A stretch of DNA of 25,953 nucleotides from an uncultured archaeon (GCA_964587725.1 CAZPLO010000019.1:1-25953), one strand, 5' to 3'. Counted from the stretch's first letter, positions 7,491 to 16,510 are shown. Made by a program: numbers and translations. The notes: generated from the letters alone by a model not told the origin.

Positions 7491-9432
7491 GGCTCTTCCC
7501 ATAATATCCAACCTGGGGAACCCGCTGGCGTTGGCGGGACTGGCTCTCCTGATACCGATTATACTGCTTTACCTGCTGAAGCCGAAGCCGAAGCTGATAA
7601 AGTTCCCGTCAACCATGTTCATCCGGTTCATCGAAAAAAACAAGCGGTTCACCAGCTTCCTCCAGCGGTTCATACACGACCCCCTGCTGGTGATGCAGCT
7701 GCTGATAATAACGCTGCTGGTGCTGGCGCTCGCCGCCCCCTTCTTCAACACCCAGGCGGAGGAGCGGGGGGAGCAGTCGGTGGCGTTCGTAATCGACGCG
7801 TCGGCGAGCATGCATTCCACGGACTCTAAGCCTACTAGGTTCGAGAGCGCATTGTCGAAGGCGAGGGAGATAATATCCGGGTTGAACGAACGAGACGATG
7901 TCTCACTGGTGTTGGCGGAGAACATTCCGGTGACGGTTGCGGCCGGCACTACATTAGAGGACGCGTTAACGATTCTCTCCAGGGTGGAGCCCGCCGACAC
8001 CCCCTCCAACGTCGGCGACGCAATCATGCTGGCACGGGACCTTCTTTCCGGCTCCGACAAGGACCGTGTAATCTATGTTCTGTCGGATTTCGCCGGCGGC
8101 CGCGGCCTCGACCCCCAGATTGCCCGCAAGATCGCGCTGATGTCCGGCATAGACGTGGAGTTCATAAAAGTCGGGGCCAGAGGCTCCAACACTGGAATCA
8201 TAGGGCTTGACGCCCGCCGCTCCGTGGTCAGGGACAATGAACTATACCTGACCGCGTCGGTGAGGAACTACCACCCCGTCGACTACACAGCCAACCTCCG
8301 CATACTATCGGGGACAAAGGTTTTGGCGGAGGAGGAGCGGACCATCGAGTCCGGCGGAGAGGAATTCTACTACTTCAGCCCCAACATAACGTCGGCGGGG
8401 CAGGTGATATCCGCGGAATTGGTTGGCGCCGACGACCTGCCGTTGGACGACATCGCATACGCGTACGTGAAGCCTGTGAAGGTCAACAGGATACTGCTGC
8501 TCACATCCGAAGGCCAGGACCGGTTCCTCCGTTTCATGCTGGAGTCCCTTGAAAACGTGGATTTAACTTATGCAGTGCCGCCTGTCACGCCGGACGTCAC
8601 AGGGTTCGACGTCATAATACTGGGGACCGTCCGCGGGGAAGAAATCCTCCCCGGCACCTTCAGGGACATCGGAAACCACGTCGGAAACGGGGCGTCGCTG
8701 GTTATCGTCGCTTCGGAGCCGCTGGCGGCCGTACAGTACCAGAACCTGTGGTCGCTGATGCCCGTGGACGTGCTTAGCCTCGGCAGCAGGGAGACCGAGG
8801 TGATCGTGACGGAGGAGCACACCATCTTGCAGGACGTCGTGTTCGACAACGTCGTTGCCAAACAGTACTACAACGTCCGGGAGCGTGACAACCAGACAGT
8901 AACCATTGTGGGGTCAACGCTGCTGCCGAACCCCCTGATAGCGTACAGGGAGCACGGGAAAGGCTATGTGGTGTACATGGGGTTGAACAGCAACCCGGAC
9001 TGGAGCAACCTATACTACAGCTCGTCGTTCCCCATATTCTGGTCTCAGATGATAAAGTATGTCACGCGCCCGCGGGGTTCGGACGTGGACCGCAGCCTCA
9101 CAACAGGCGAGTACCTGCACCTGCCGGAGGCGTCGTCGATAAAGACGCCTTCGGGGAGGACGACGGAGTCCAAGAGCGTGTTTCTGGACAAGGTCGGCGT
9201 GTACCGGGTACTGTACGAGGACCGCACGGACGTCATACCGGTGAACCTGTTCGACGGTGCGGAATCCAACACCACCGGCTCAAGCCTTGAGGACATGGAA
9301 TCCGCCAGGGAGTTTAAGGTTGAACGGGAGCTGGTGGACGTCAAAGTGGACGTGTTCCGCCACATACTGATACTGTTTCTGGCGGCACTGCTGCTGGAGA
9401 CCATACTATACCGTAGGAGGGGGCTGCTGTGA
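7483..9432 (+). CDS. BatA-like N-terminal domain + vWA membrane protein, 649 aa
   Basis: LLIPIILLYLLKPKPK..KFPS is the BatA motif. Also LALAAP, the MIDAS motif FVIDASASM, VLSDF and a C-terminal TM helix. Confidence 0.9.
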   Translation: MAEALPIISNLGNPLALAGLALLIPIILLYLLKPKPKLIKFPSTMFIRFIEKNKRFTSFLQRFIHDPLLVMQLLIITLLVLALAAPFFNTQAEERGEQSVAFVIDASASMHSTDSKPTRFESALSKAREIISGLNERDDVSLVLAENIPVTVAAGTTLEDALTILSRVEPADTPSNVGDAIMLARDLLSGSDKDRVIYVLSDFAGGRGLDPQIARKIALMSGIDVEFIKVGARGSNTGIIGLDARRSVVRDNELYLTASVRNYHPVDYTANLRILSGTKVLAEEERTIESGGEEFYYFSPNITSAGQVISAELVGADDLPLDDIAYAYVKPVKVNRILLLTSEGQDRFLRFMLESLENVDLTYAVPPVTPDVTGFDVIILGTVRGEEILPGTFRDIGNHVGNGASLVIVASEPLAAVQYQNLWSLMPVDVLSLGSRETEVIVTEEHTILQDVVFDNVVAKQYYNVRERDNQTVTIVGSTLLPNPLIAYREHGKGYVVYMGLNSNPDWSNLYYSSSFPIFWSQMIKYVTRPRGSDVDRSLTTGEYLHLPEASSIKTPSGRTTESKSVFLDKVGVYRVLYEDRTDVIPVNLFDGAESNTTGSSLEDMESAREFKVERELVDVKVDVFRHILILFLAALLLETILYRRRGLL

Positions 9433-11978
9433 CCACTGAAGCATTGAACGGGGATATGGTGTCCCAGATGGGGTTCAGCCAGCCCCTCTACCTGCTCCTG
9501 CTGGTTCCGCTGCTCGCATACCTCATATGGTATGTGCGCAAGGGCGGGTGGAGCAGGAAGAAGCTGGTTTTCCTCGCGGTCCGCACGCTCATGGTGGTGT
9601 TGGCTGTGCTGGCGCTCGCCTCCCCCGTGACGTACCGGAGCAGGGAGGTGGTGGAGGACGTTCCGCCTGTGACGGTGTTGGTGGATTCGTCCGCCAGCAT
9701 GGGCATGTACTCCGGCTCAAGGGAGCTGGGGCAGTTACTGTACAGTGAACTGCAGAGTGCGGTGGGGAACCTGAGCGACGAATCCGAAGTAAACATAGAG
9801 TATTTCTCGGAAGGCAACCGCACCGCGTTGGGGGACGCCCTCTACAACAACATGATAAAATACGGCGGCGAGCAGACGTCGGTGGTGTTGGTGAGCGACG
9901 GAAGAAGCAACCACGGCAGAAACCCCCTCGACATAGCTCGGGCGATGGCGGAGACAAACTCCACCGTATATGCGGTGGCTCCGGATAAGGGCGGGGAGGA
10001 CATATACATCAACTCTGTGATAGGAGATGGGAAGATACCGTCGAACATAGACTACGACCTCACCGTGGTGGTGGGCAGCACCGGGGCGCGGGGCGCATCG
10101 TATGAGCTGCTGGTGTACGTGGACGACATAAGGAAGTTCAACAAACGCTTCACCCAGGAGGAGCTGGAGAAGACCATACAGTTGAGTCTGAGGATGCAGG
10201 ATGTTGGAGTCCACGAAGTGCGTCTGGAGCTGGACGCCTCCGGGGATTCGTTCCCGGAGAACAACGCATACTATAAGACTGTGGAGGTGGTGGAGAAGCC
10301 GGAGATACTTGTTGTCACCTCCAACAGGAGTTCGCCGATGCTGCAGGTGTTGAACGAACTCTACGACGTCAAGGTAACCGGCAGGGTCGACAACGACTAC
10401 GGCCAGTACGCGGGCGTCATATTCGACAACGTCAACGCCAAAGACCTCCCCCGGGACAGGGTGAACAAGATTAAGAAATACGTGCTTGACGGCAACGGCG
10501 TAGCCTTCGTGGGCGGCAGAAACACCTTCGAATACGGCGGCTACAACAACAGCTTCATAGAGGGCATTCTTCCGGTAACAAGCACCGACAAGCCCACCGA
10601 ACGCAGGAGAGAGTTGGCGGTGGCGTTCCTAATAGACGTGTCGGAGAGCACAGAATACGGCATCGGCGAGGACTCCAAAATAGACGTGGAGAAGGCGCTG
10701 CTGCTGCGGATGCTCCGCACCCTCAACGCCAACGACTCCGTGGGGGTGATAGCGTTCAACACCCTCCCCTACTCGGTGTCCCAGCTCAGCCCGCTGGGGC
10801 CTAAGTTCACGGAGGTGGAGGACCGGGTGCTCCGGCTCAAGTTCGGCGGCGGAACCAAGCTGCTGCCCGCCATGGAGGCCGCCGACAGCATGCTGAGGGG
10901 CCAGACCGTCGACAAATACGTCATCATACTATCCGACGGCGTCATACAGGGGTCGCGGAGGGTACTGAACCTTAACAAGGCGGCTGAGATGCGGGACCGC
11001 GGCGTCGAAATATACGCGGTGGGCGTCGGATTCGACACCGACGAGGGGTTCATGCAGGAGCTCGCCCGCTCCGGAGGCGGCCAGTACTTCAAGTCCGAGC
11101 CGGGGGAGCGGCTTAAGGTGGTGTTCGGGGAGGCGGAGGACGAGAAGGACGCGGACAAGACCCCGGTGGTGTTGAGCGACGAATACCACTTCATAACCCG
11201 CAACCTCTTCGAATTGGAGAACGCGGGCGCGTCGGTGCAGGACTTCAACAAAGTCTACGAAAAGAACGTCGCGCAGATGCTGCTGTCGACGAAGGGCGGG
11301 AAGCCGGTGCTCACGGTGTGGCGGTTCGGCCTCGGCAGGGTGGCTGCGTTGACAACCGACAACGGCCTGGTGTGGAGTCCCGAGCTCATGAAAGTGGACT
11401 CCGGCAGGGTGGTTACGGGGATGACCAACTGGGTGATAGGCGACCTGGAGAAGGGGAAGGCAGTTCGTGTGAACGCGCCGGACGTCCACCTGGGAGACGG
11501 GGTCGAAGTAGCTGTCGTATCAGACAGCCAGCCCAGCCTCCAGGTGAGAAATTATGAGACGCTGGAGGAGCCGCAGGTGATGCTGACGCGCAACGGGCTG
11601 ATGACGTACTCTGGAGTATTCACTCCGCAGTCGCAGGGCTTCTACGGCGTCCGGGCGGTGGCGTCCGGGGAAGAGGACTTGGATGCGGCGGCCGTCAACT
11701 ACCCCCGCGAATACAACAGCCTCGGAGTCGACGAGGACACGCTGATGCGGGTCTCAGGCGTAACAGCTGGAAGAATGTACTCATCAGACGAAGTCGGGGC
11801 GGTGGTGTCCGACGTGCTGGAGAAGGCCCGTGAGAAGGCTGTGAAGGAGTTCCGCGAGCCCGTAGACCTGTGGACGTATTTCGCGGCCGCGGCGTTGATA
11901 ATCTACTTCCTAGACGCGGCGGCCAGGAGGATAATGGTGTTTCTGCGGAGGAATCAGTCCTCTACGCAGCCGACGTAG
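9429..11978 (+). CDS. Double-vWA membrane protein with a glutamine-amidotransferase-like domain, 849 aa (the start may instead be ATG at 9456)
   Basis: N-terminal TM hairpin (LALASP), MIDAS motifs VLVDSSASM and FLIDVSEST, two SDG motifs, GNGVAFVGG...ILPV, WRFGLGRVAALTTD and a C-terminal TM helix. Confidence 0.88.
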   Translation: MTTEALNGDMVSQMGFSQPLYLLLLVPLLAYLIWYVRKGGWSRKKLVFLAVRTLMVVLAVLALASPVTYRSREVVEDVPPVTVLVDSSASMGMYSGSRELGQLLYSELQSAVGNLSDESEVNIEYFSEGNRTALGDALYNNMIKYGGEQTSVVLVSDGRSNHGRNPLDIARAMAETNSTVYAVAPDKGGEDIYINSVIGDGKIPSNIDYDLTVVVGSTGARGASYELLVYVDDIRKFNKRFTQEELEKTIQLSLRMQDVGVHEVRLELDASGDSFPENNAYYKTVEVVEKPEILVVTSNRSSPMLQVLNELYDVKVTGRVDNDYGQYAGVIFDNVNAKDLPRDRVNKIKKYVLDGNGVAFVGGRNTFEYGGYNNSFIEGILPVTSTDKPTERRRELAVAFLIDVSESTEYGIGEDSKIDVEKALLLRMLRTLNANDSVGVIAFNTLPYSVSQLSPLGPKFTEVEDRVLRLKFGGGTKLLPAMEAADSMLRGQTVDKYVIILSDGVIQGSRRVLNLNKAAEMRDRGVEIYAVGVGFDTDEGFMQELARSGGGQYFKSEPGERLKVVFGEAEDEKDADKTPVVLSDEYHFITRNLFELENAGASVQDFNKVYEKNVAQMLLSTKGGKPVLTVWRFGLGRVAALTTDNGLVWSPELMKVDSGRVVTGMTNWVIGDLEKGKAVRVNAPDVHLGDGVEVAVVSDSQPSLQVRNYETLEEPQVMLTRNGLMTYSGVFTPQSQGFYGVRAVASGEEDLDAAAVNYPREYNSLGVDEDTLMRVSGVTAGRMYSSDEVGAVVSDVLEKAREKAVKEFREPVDLWTYFAAAALIIYFLDAAARRIMVFLRRNQSSTQPT

Positions 11979-12262
11979 CCGCGTTTCGGAGAATACACTA
12001 GGCCCTTCTCGGTCAGCTCATTGAGTATGCCCTTCAACTCATCCCCGCTGATGTCTTCCACGCCAGCCTCCTCCTCGAGGCTGTTGAGTTTAAGGCTGTG
12101 TAGGCGGTGGATTATGTTGTACACTGTCTGGCGTTTCCCAGCACGCTCCAGGCGAGTCTCATCAGACCACTTCCTCTGCTTCAGAGAATCGAACAGCTCT
12201 TTTGTTCTTTCAGAATCAGATGAACCCAGTTTAGACTTCCGCTCCCCCTTCAAACCAACCAC
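11954..12262 (-). CDS. Small winged-helix-like protein, 102 aa
   Basis: The C-terminal ILNELTEKGLVYSPKRGYV fits the wH wing pattern (as in RPA32/MCM C-terminal domains). TTTTAAT lies 26-32 nt upstream. It overlaps the convergent vWA gene by 25 bp. Confidence 0.65.
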   Translation of the reverse strand: MVGLKGERKSKLGSSDSERTKELFDSLKQRKWSDETRLERAGKRQTVYNIIHRLHSLKLNSLEEEAGVEDISGDELKGILNELTEKGLVYSPKRGYVGCVED

Positions 12263-12295
12263 CGGAATATACTATACGGTGTCTCTGATTAAAAG

Positions 12296-12505
12296 CTACC
12301 TTATCCTCCTAATCCAGCTGAGGTGTTCGTTGATGCTGTGGAGGTAGAAGATGACCAGTATAAGCAATACTATTATGACGCCGGAGGCTATCAGCAGTAT
12401 GAGGCCTATCCTCGCCTCTATTCCGCTGAGCAGCGACATATCCTCCTGGGCGGACGCAGCCGTCGCCAGGAAGGCCAACAGTGTGAAAAAAATCCCCTTG
12501 TTCAC
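12296..12505 (-). CDS. Small membrane protein (signal-peptide-like segment + 1 TM), 69 aa
   Basis: MNKGIFFTLLAFLATAASA resembles a signal peptide, followed by a long hydrophobic helix and a basic C-terminus. GGTGG RBS and TATA-like TTTTTAAG lie upstream. Confidence 0.7.
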   Translation of the reverse strand: MNKGIFFTLLAFLATAASAQEDMSLLSGIEARIGLILLIASGVIIVLLILVIFYLHSINEHLSWIRRIR

Positions 12506-12518
12506 CTTTCCCCACCGG

Positions 12519-12546
12519 CATGATATTAAATGTCATGACTTAAAAA
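12519..12546 (-). promoter_or_regulatory. TATA box with an adjacent operator-like palindrome
   Basis: CATGATATT-A-AATGTCATG at 12519-12537 (8/9 arm symmetry) sits next to minus-strand TTTTTAAG at 12539-12546. Confidence 0.45.
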
Positions 12547-12553
12547 CCATATC

Positions 12554-14671
12554 CTACCTGCTCTTCAGCCGCGTCATCTTCAGGCAGACTCCGTCCCTGC
12601 ACACACTGCTCTTGAACACCCCCTTGTTCGGGGGCAGCTGAACCCTGATTTCCTCATCCTCGGCGGTGGAGTATCTCTTGGTGTCGGGACTTCGTCTCCG
12701 CACGTTGGCGGCAGGTGCCACGTCCACTTCCTGGTCGTAGTATACGCGGTGGAGGTGCTCCGTCTTAAGCCTCTGCCGCCCGCTCATCTTCCACACGTAG
12801 TAGAGGAGGAGAACCAGTATGAATATCATCACCGCCGCTATGAGGAAGATTATCACGTACTCCGCCTTCACCGCATCCAAGGCCTCCCTGAGTCCTGAAA
12901 GATCCGGTACCGCCACTTCGGATTCCTTTTCAGTCTCTATCCCCAGCTCGCTTCTGAGCGCCTCCACCGTGGCGCGGGCCCTCTCCGTGTGCTCGCCGTA
13001 GCCTATGAAGGAGTAGTGTTTCTCTGCGAGTTCAGCGTGCTCCAGAGCCTTTTCAAGGTCTCCAGCGTGGGCGCTTTCGTTGGCGAGGGAGAACTCCCTG
13101 CTGGCGTTCTCCTCAATCCACGCCTCAGCCTCCTCTATGATTGATTCCGCGTCCTCCGCGGCGGACTGGTCGTTCAGCTGCGGCGCCGAATACTTCTGCT
13201 CCGCAATGTGCGCGTACCTGCTGGCGTTCAGGTAGTCCCGGAAGTCCAGCGCCTTCCGGGCGTTGAACAGCGCCAGCTCCGCCTCCGCCCGCAGGTCTTC
13301 CACGCGGGCGCTGGTGTCGCCCAGCCTGTCTATGCGGTTGATGCACTCAGACACCCTCTCTATCACCCCCAATTCAGAGTACAGTTCCCTGGCCTGCCGG
13401 AACTTCTCCACAGCCTCTTCTGGATTGGAGGTGCTTATCCGTATGGCGTCCTGGTAGAGTTCGTCCGCCCGCACCATCTTAGCGTAAGAGGTGGTCCTGT
13501 ACACGGTGACGTTCTTCTTCGACCCGGCGATTATCTCGCTGAAGCCGCCGCCTTCGATGTCCGCTGCCAAAACGAATCCCACGTAACCGTATGGTCCGCT
13601 CCTCCACCTCTGCACGCCGTCTCTGTCGAACACGTATATGTGTGAGGAACCGGCTATCACCTCCGGCAGTCCGTCGCCGTCCAAGTCGCCGGTGGTTACC
13701 GAATACGTTCTGGAGAACTCGGTCCCCCCCGTCCACTTCAGCGCGCCGTCGCTTTTGAAGGCGTAGACTTCGTTCGCCACCCCTATTACCTCGCTCATGT
13801 TGTCGCCGTCGAGGTCTGCGGCTGCCACGTCCACCACGTAGTCCGCTATAACCCTGGTGTCCTCCCACAGCAGGCTGCCGTCGCCGTCCAACACGTACAG
13901 GTTCGGGTACGTGCCCGCAACCACCTCCGGGAGGCCGTCGCCGTCCACGTCTCCCGTCGCAAGCGACAGCACCGCCCCCTGGGTCTGGTACTGCCACATA
14001 AGCCTGTTTTCGCTCAGGACGTAAATGCTGGATTCATGGTCCATGGCGTTCTGACAGGCTTTGTAGGAGCTTTTGGCCCGGTATATGAGCCCTACTATGA
14101 CCTCGTCGACGCCGTCTCCGTTGAGGTCCTCCACCAGGATGCTCGACGGCAGGCTGTCGCCGACGCTGTACTTCCACAGCTCCTCCTTCTGGGTGCCGTC
14201 GACCGCGTACACGAAACCGCTTCTGCTGCAGGAACTCTTATCATATGTTGTGAATGCGATGTCCGTGCGGCCGTCTCCGTCGAGGTCTCCGCTTCTGACG
14301 TCGTATACGCCGTCGCGGGTGCTGTACCTCCAGATTCTGTCCCCCGCCGAGTCGAACACGTATATGTCGGAGTGTCCGGAAACCACTTCGCCGCTGCCGT
14401 CGCTGCCCAGATCGTCTATCCACACCGTGTTTATGTAGGAGCCCACGTCCTTCCGCCACAGCAATTCCCCGTCAGCGCCCAGCAGGTATGCGCTGCCGTC
14501 GCTGCTGCCGGAAGCAGCAACCTCCAGCTCGCCGTCTCCGTCCACGTCCCCGACTGTTACGCCGGAGAGTATCTCCTTGGTGCTGTAGTCCCACACCAAA
14601 CCCATGTACTCCTCCGCAGCCGACGCCTGGACCACCGTCAGAAGCACCAGCAGGACCACATAACCTCTCAT
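12554..14671 (-). CDS. Cell-surface FG-GAP/VCBS-like repeat beta-propeller protein with helical stalk, TM anchor and cytoplasmic tail, 705 aa
   Basis: Signal peptide, then eight D-[LVI]-[DNEG]-x-D/G-G-like Ca-binding repeats alternating with G..LW motifs. An Ala/Glu-rich helical region precedes the TM segment YVIIFLIAAVMIFILVLLLYYVW. Confidence 0.85.
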   Translation of the reverse strand: MRGYVVLLVLLTVVQASAAEEYMGLVWDYSTKEILSGVTVGDVDGDGELEVAASGSSDGSAYLLGADGELLWRKDVGSYINTVWIDDLGSDGSGEVVSGHSDIYVFDSAGDRIWRYSTRDGVYDVRSGDLDGDGRTDIAFTTYDKSSCSRSGFVYAVDGTQKEELWKYSVGDSLPSSILVEDLNGDGVDEVIVGLIYRAKSSYKACQNAMDHESSIYVLSENRLMWQYQTQGAVLSLATGDVDGDGLPEVVAGTYPNLYVLDGDGSLLWEDTRVIADYVVDVAAADLDGDNMSEVIGVANEVYAFKSDGALKWTGGTEFSRTYSVTTGDLDGDGLPEVIAGSSHIYVFDRDGVQRWRSGPYGYVGFVLAADIEGGGFSEIIAGSKKNVTVYRTTSYAKMVRADELYQDAIRISTSNPEEAVEKFRQARELYSELGVIERVSECINRIDRLGDTSARVEDLRAEAELALFNARKALDFRDYLNASRYAHIAEQKYSAPQLNDQSAAEDAESIIEEAEAWIEENASREFSLANESAHAGDLEKALEHAELAEKHYSFIGYGEHTERARATVEALRSELGIETEKESEVAVPDLSGLREALDAVKAEYVIIFLIAAVMIFILVLLLYYVWKMSGRQRLKTEHLHRVYYDQEVDVAPAANVRRRSPDTKRYSTAEDEEIRVQLPPNKGVFKSSVCRDGVCLKMTRLKSR

Positions 14672-14708
14672 CTCGTCTTATATATTACTTTACCTAGAAT
14701 AAAATCCA
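14672..14708. promoter_or_regulatory. Compact divergent promoter, probably leaderless on both sides
   Basis: 37-bp gap with no RBS. Plus-strand TTATATA (14678-14684) is 25-31 nt before ATG 14709. Minus-strand TTTTATT (14698-14704) is 27-33 nt before ATG 14671. Confidence 0.55.
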
Positions 14709-15194
14709 ATGGTGTTGGCGAGGTCGAGGATACTGGAGCTGGTGGAGGCGGGTTTGATTGAAGGCTTCAGCGCCGGCTGCCTCGGCGGCGCCGGCTACGA
14801 CCTCCGCCTCGGCAGAGTATACCGCATAGAATCCGACAGTTTCCTGGGCGTGTCGGAGAGGCGGACGCCGGAGGTGGTGGAGGATGAATCCGATTCCTTC
14901 ACGCTGGAGCCCGGCGACTACGTGCTGGTGGAGACCGTGGAGAGGGTGAACATGCCGCCGAACCTTATGGCCCGCGTATTGAACCGTTCCACGTTGTTCC
15001 GTTGTGGCTGCAGCCTCTTCAACGCCCTAGTCGACCCAGGCTTCAAAGGAACCCTCACCTTCGGATTGAAGAACCTGTCCGGCCGGTGCTTCACAGTCGA
15101 AAAGGGCGCGCGTATAGCGCAGATGGTGTTCGAGGAAGTCGACGGCGAAGCGGTCGAGTACGAGGGGGAATACCAGGGCGGCAAAGTAGTTTAA
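14709..15194 (+). CDS. Trimeric dUTPase / dCTP deaminase family protein, probably an archaeal dUTPase, 161 aa
   Basis: Motifs GYDLRLG, ETVERVNMP, RSTLFR, VDPGFKG, GARIAQMVF and YEGEYQ. Confidence 0.88.
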   Translation: MVLARSRILELVEAGLIEGFSAGCLGGAGYDLRLGRVYRIESDSFLGVSERRTPEVVEDESDSFTLEPGDYVLVETVERVNMPPNLMARVLNRSTLFRCGCSLFNALVDPGFKGTLTFGLKNLSGRCFTVEKGARIAQMVFEEVDGEAVEYEGEYQGGKVV

Positions 15195-15209
15195 ATAATT
15201 TATAATTCC

Positions 15210-15246
15210 TTCAAAACAGTTTAAAAAATTTTCAAAACAGTTTAAA
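15210..15246. repeat. 16-bp direct repeat TTCAAAACAGTTTAAA x2 (21-bp period) between convergent genes; probable terminator region
   Basis: Exact copies at 15210-15225 and 15231-15246. The minus strand reads as T-tracts directly after the beta-CASP stop. Confidence 0.8.
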
Positions 15247-16489
15247 CCGTTATCCTGTCCCCTATGTTTGGCGTGTGGACGCTGCGTTCCCCGAATTCGC
15301 CGGCGAGGGTTTCAACGGAGTCCTCGTCCCCGTGGATTAACACTATCTCTTCGGGGTTCATGGAGGTGGCTGTTTCGACGAGTGTCTGTCTGTCGGAGTG
15401 TGCGCTGAAGTCGTACTGCTGGATTTCCATGTCTACGTCGAACCTCATACCGCTTTCTTCGTCGACTACGTAGCCCTGCTCCACTAGGAGGCGGCCGTTG
15501 GTGTCCTCCACCTGGTAGCCGGTCAACAGTATGCTGCTGACGGGGTCTTTGTGGATGTGGCTTAGGTAGTCGAGCACGGGGCCGCCCTCCAGCATGCCGG
15601 CGGTCGTCACTATAATGCACGGTCCCCCGCATATCCTCTTCCTCTGCCGCCGGTTCTTAATCCACACCGTCCTATCGACGGCAGCCTGCAGTTTGTCGTG
15701 GTTTTTCAGGGTGTCGGGGAACCTGAGTATGGTCTGGGAGGCGCGGCGGGCCATCCCGTCCAGGTATATGGTGTGGTCGAGTTCGTCCAGGATGAGAAGC
15801 AGCTCCTGCGTCCTCCCTATGGCGAACACCGGCACCAACGCCACGCCCCCCCGTTCTATGGTTTCCTCGACTTTGTCGAGGAATACGTTTTCGACCTCCG
15901 TCCTCTGGGGGTGGCTTCTGTTCCCGTACGTTGACTCCGAGACGATTACGTCGGCGTGCTCCGGGTACACCGCCTTGTTGAGCAGGCGGGTGTCGCTGCC
16001 GTGGGTGTCGCCTGTGTAGAACACGCTGCCTTCGTCGGACTCCACAAGTATGCCGGCGCTGCCTGGTATGTGGCCTGCGTCATAGAACGTGAAGTCGACT
16101 TTCCCGTGGAAGTTGTATCTGTTGCCCGGCGTAACGTGTATTTCGCCGGCCGCCATCCTCGAAATGTCCTTTTCCGTGTACTTGGGCTCGTAGCCCTTGA
16201 GCTTGTCTATCTTCATGCTGTCGTGCTGGAGCATGTGGCTCAGCTCAAACGAGACTGCGGTGCCGTACACCGGCATCTTATGTACTCGGTGGAGGGCTGG
16301 GAGGTTGCCGCAGTGGTCGAGGTGGGCGTGCGACAGGAACACGGCGTCGACGTCGTCCGTCGGCTCCGGGTACGTGGGAGGCTCCGTCAACTTTATGCCG
16401 GAGTCGAACACCATGTTCAGTCCGGAGGTCTCCAGCAGCACCGAAGACTTGCCGACTTCGCGGGCGCCTCCGAGAAAAGTCAAATCCAT
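15242..16489 (-). CDS. MBL-fold beta-CASP ribonuclease (CPSF-like, no KH domains), 415 aa
   Basis: Motifs FLGGAREVGKS, FDSG, SHAHLDH, AGHIPG, YTGD, ESTYG, PVFAIGRTQE, TAGML.GGP, GYQ, FSAHSD and IHGD. Confidence 0.92.
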   Translation of the reverse strand: MDLTFLGGAREVGKSSVLLETSGLNMVFDSGIKLTEPPTYPEPTDDVDAVFLSHAHLDHCGNLPALHRVHKMPVYGTAVSFELSHMLQHDSMKIDKLKGYEPKYTEKDISRMAAGEIHVTPGNRYNFHGKVDFTFYDAGHIPGSAGILVESDEGSVFYTGDTHGSDTRLLNKAVYPEHADVIVSESTYGNRSHPQRTEVENVFLDKVEETIERGGVALVPVFAIGRTQELLLILDELDHTIYLDGMARRASQTILRFPDTLKNHDKLQAAVDRTVWIKNRRQRKRICGGPCIIVTTAGMLEGGPVLDYLSHIHKDPVSSILLTGYQVEDTNGRLLVEQGYVVDEESGMRFDVDMEIQQYDFSAHSDRQTLVETATSMNPEEIVLIHGDEDSVETLAGEFGERSVHTPNIGDRITV

Positions 16490-16510
16490 TGGATGTCTTA
16501 GGGAGCAGGC

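Noticed and set aside
15210-15246. Direct repeat as a CRISPR remnant
   Set aside because: It has only two 16-bp copies with a 5-bp spacer, and there are no cas genes.
15242-16489. beta-CASP protein as the termination factor aCPSF1/FttA
   Set aside because: It is only 415 aa and lacks the N-terminal KH domains.
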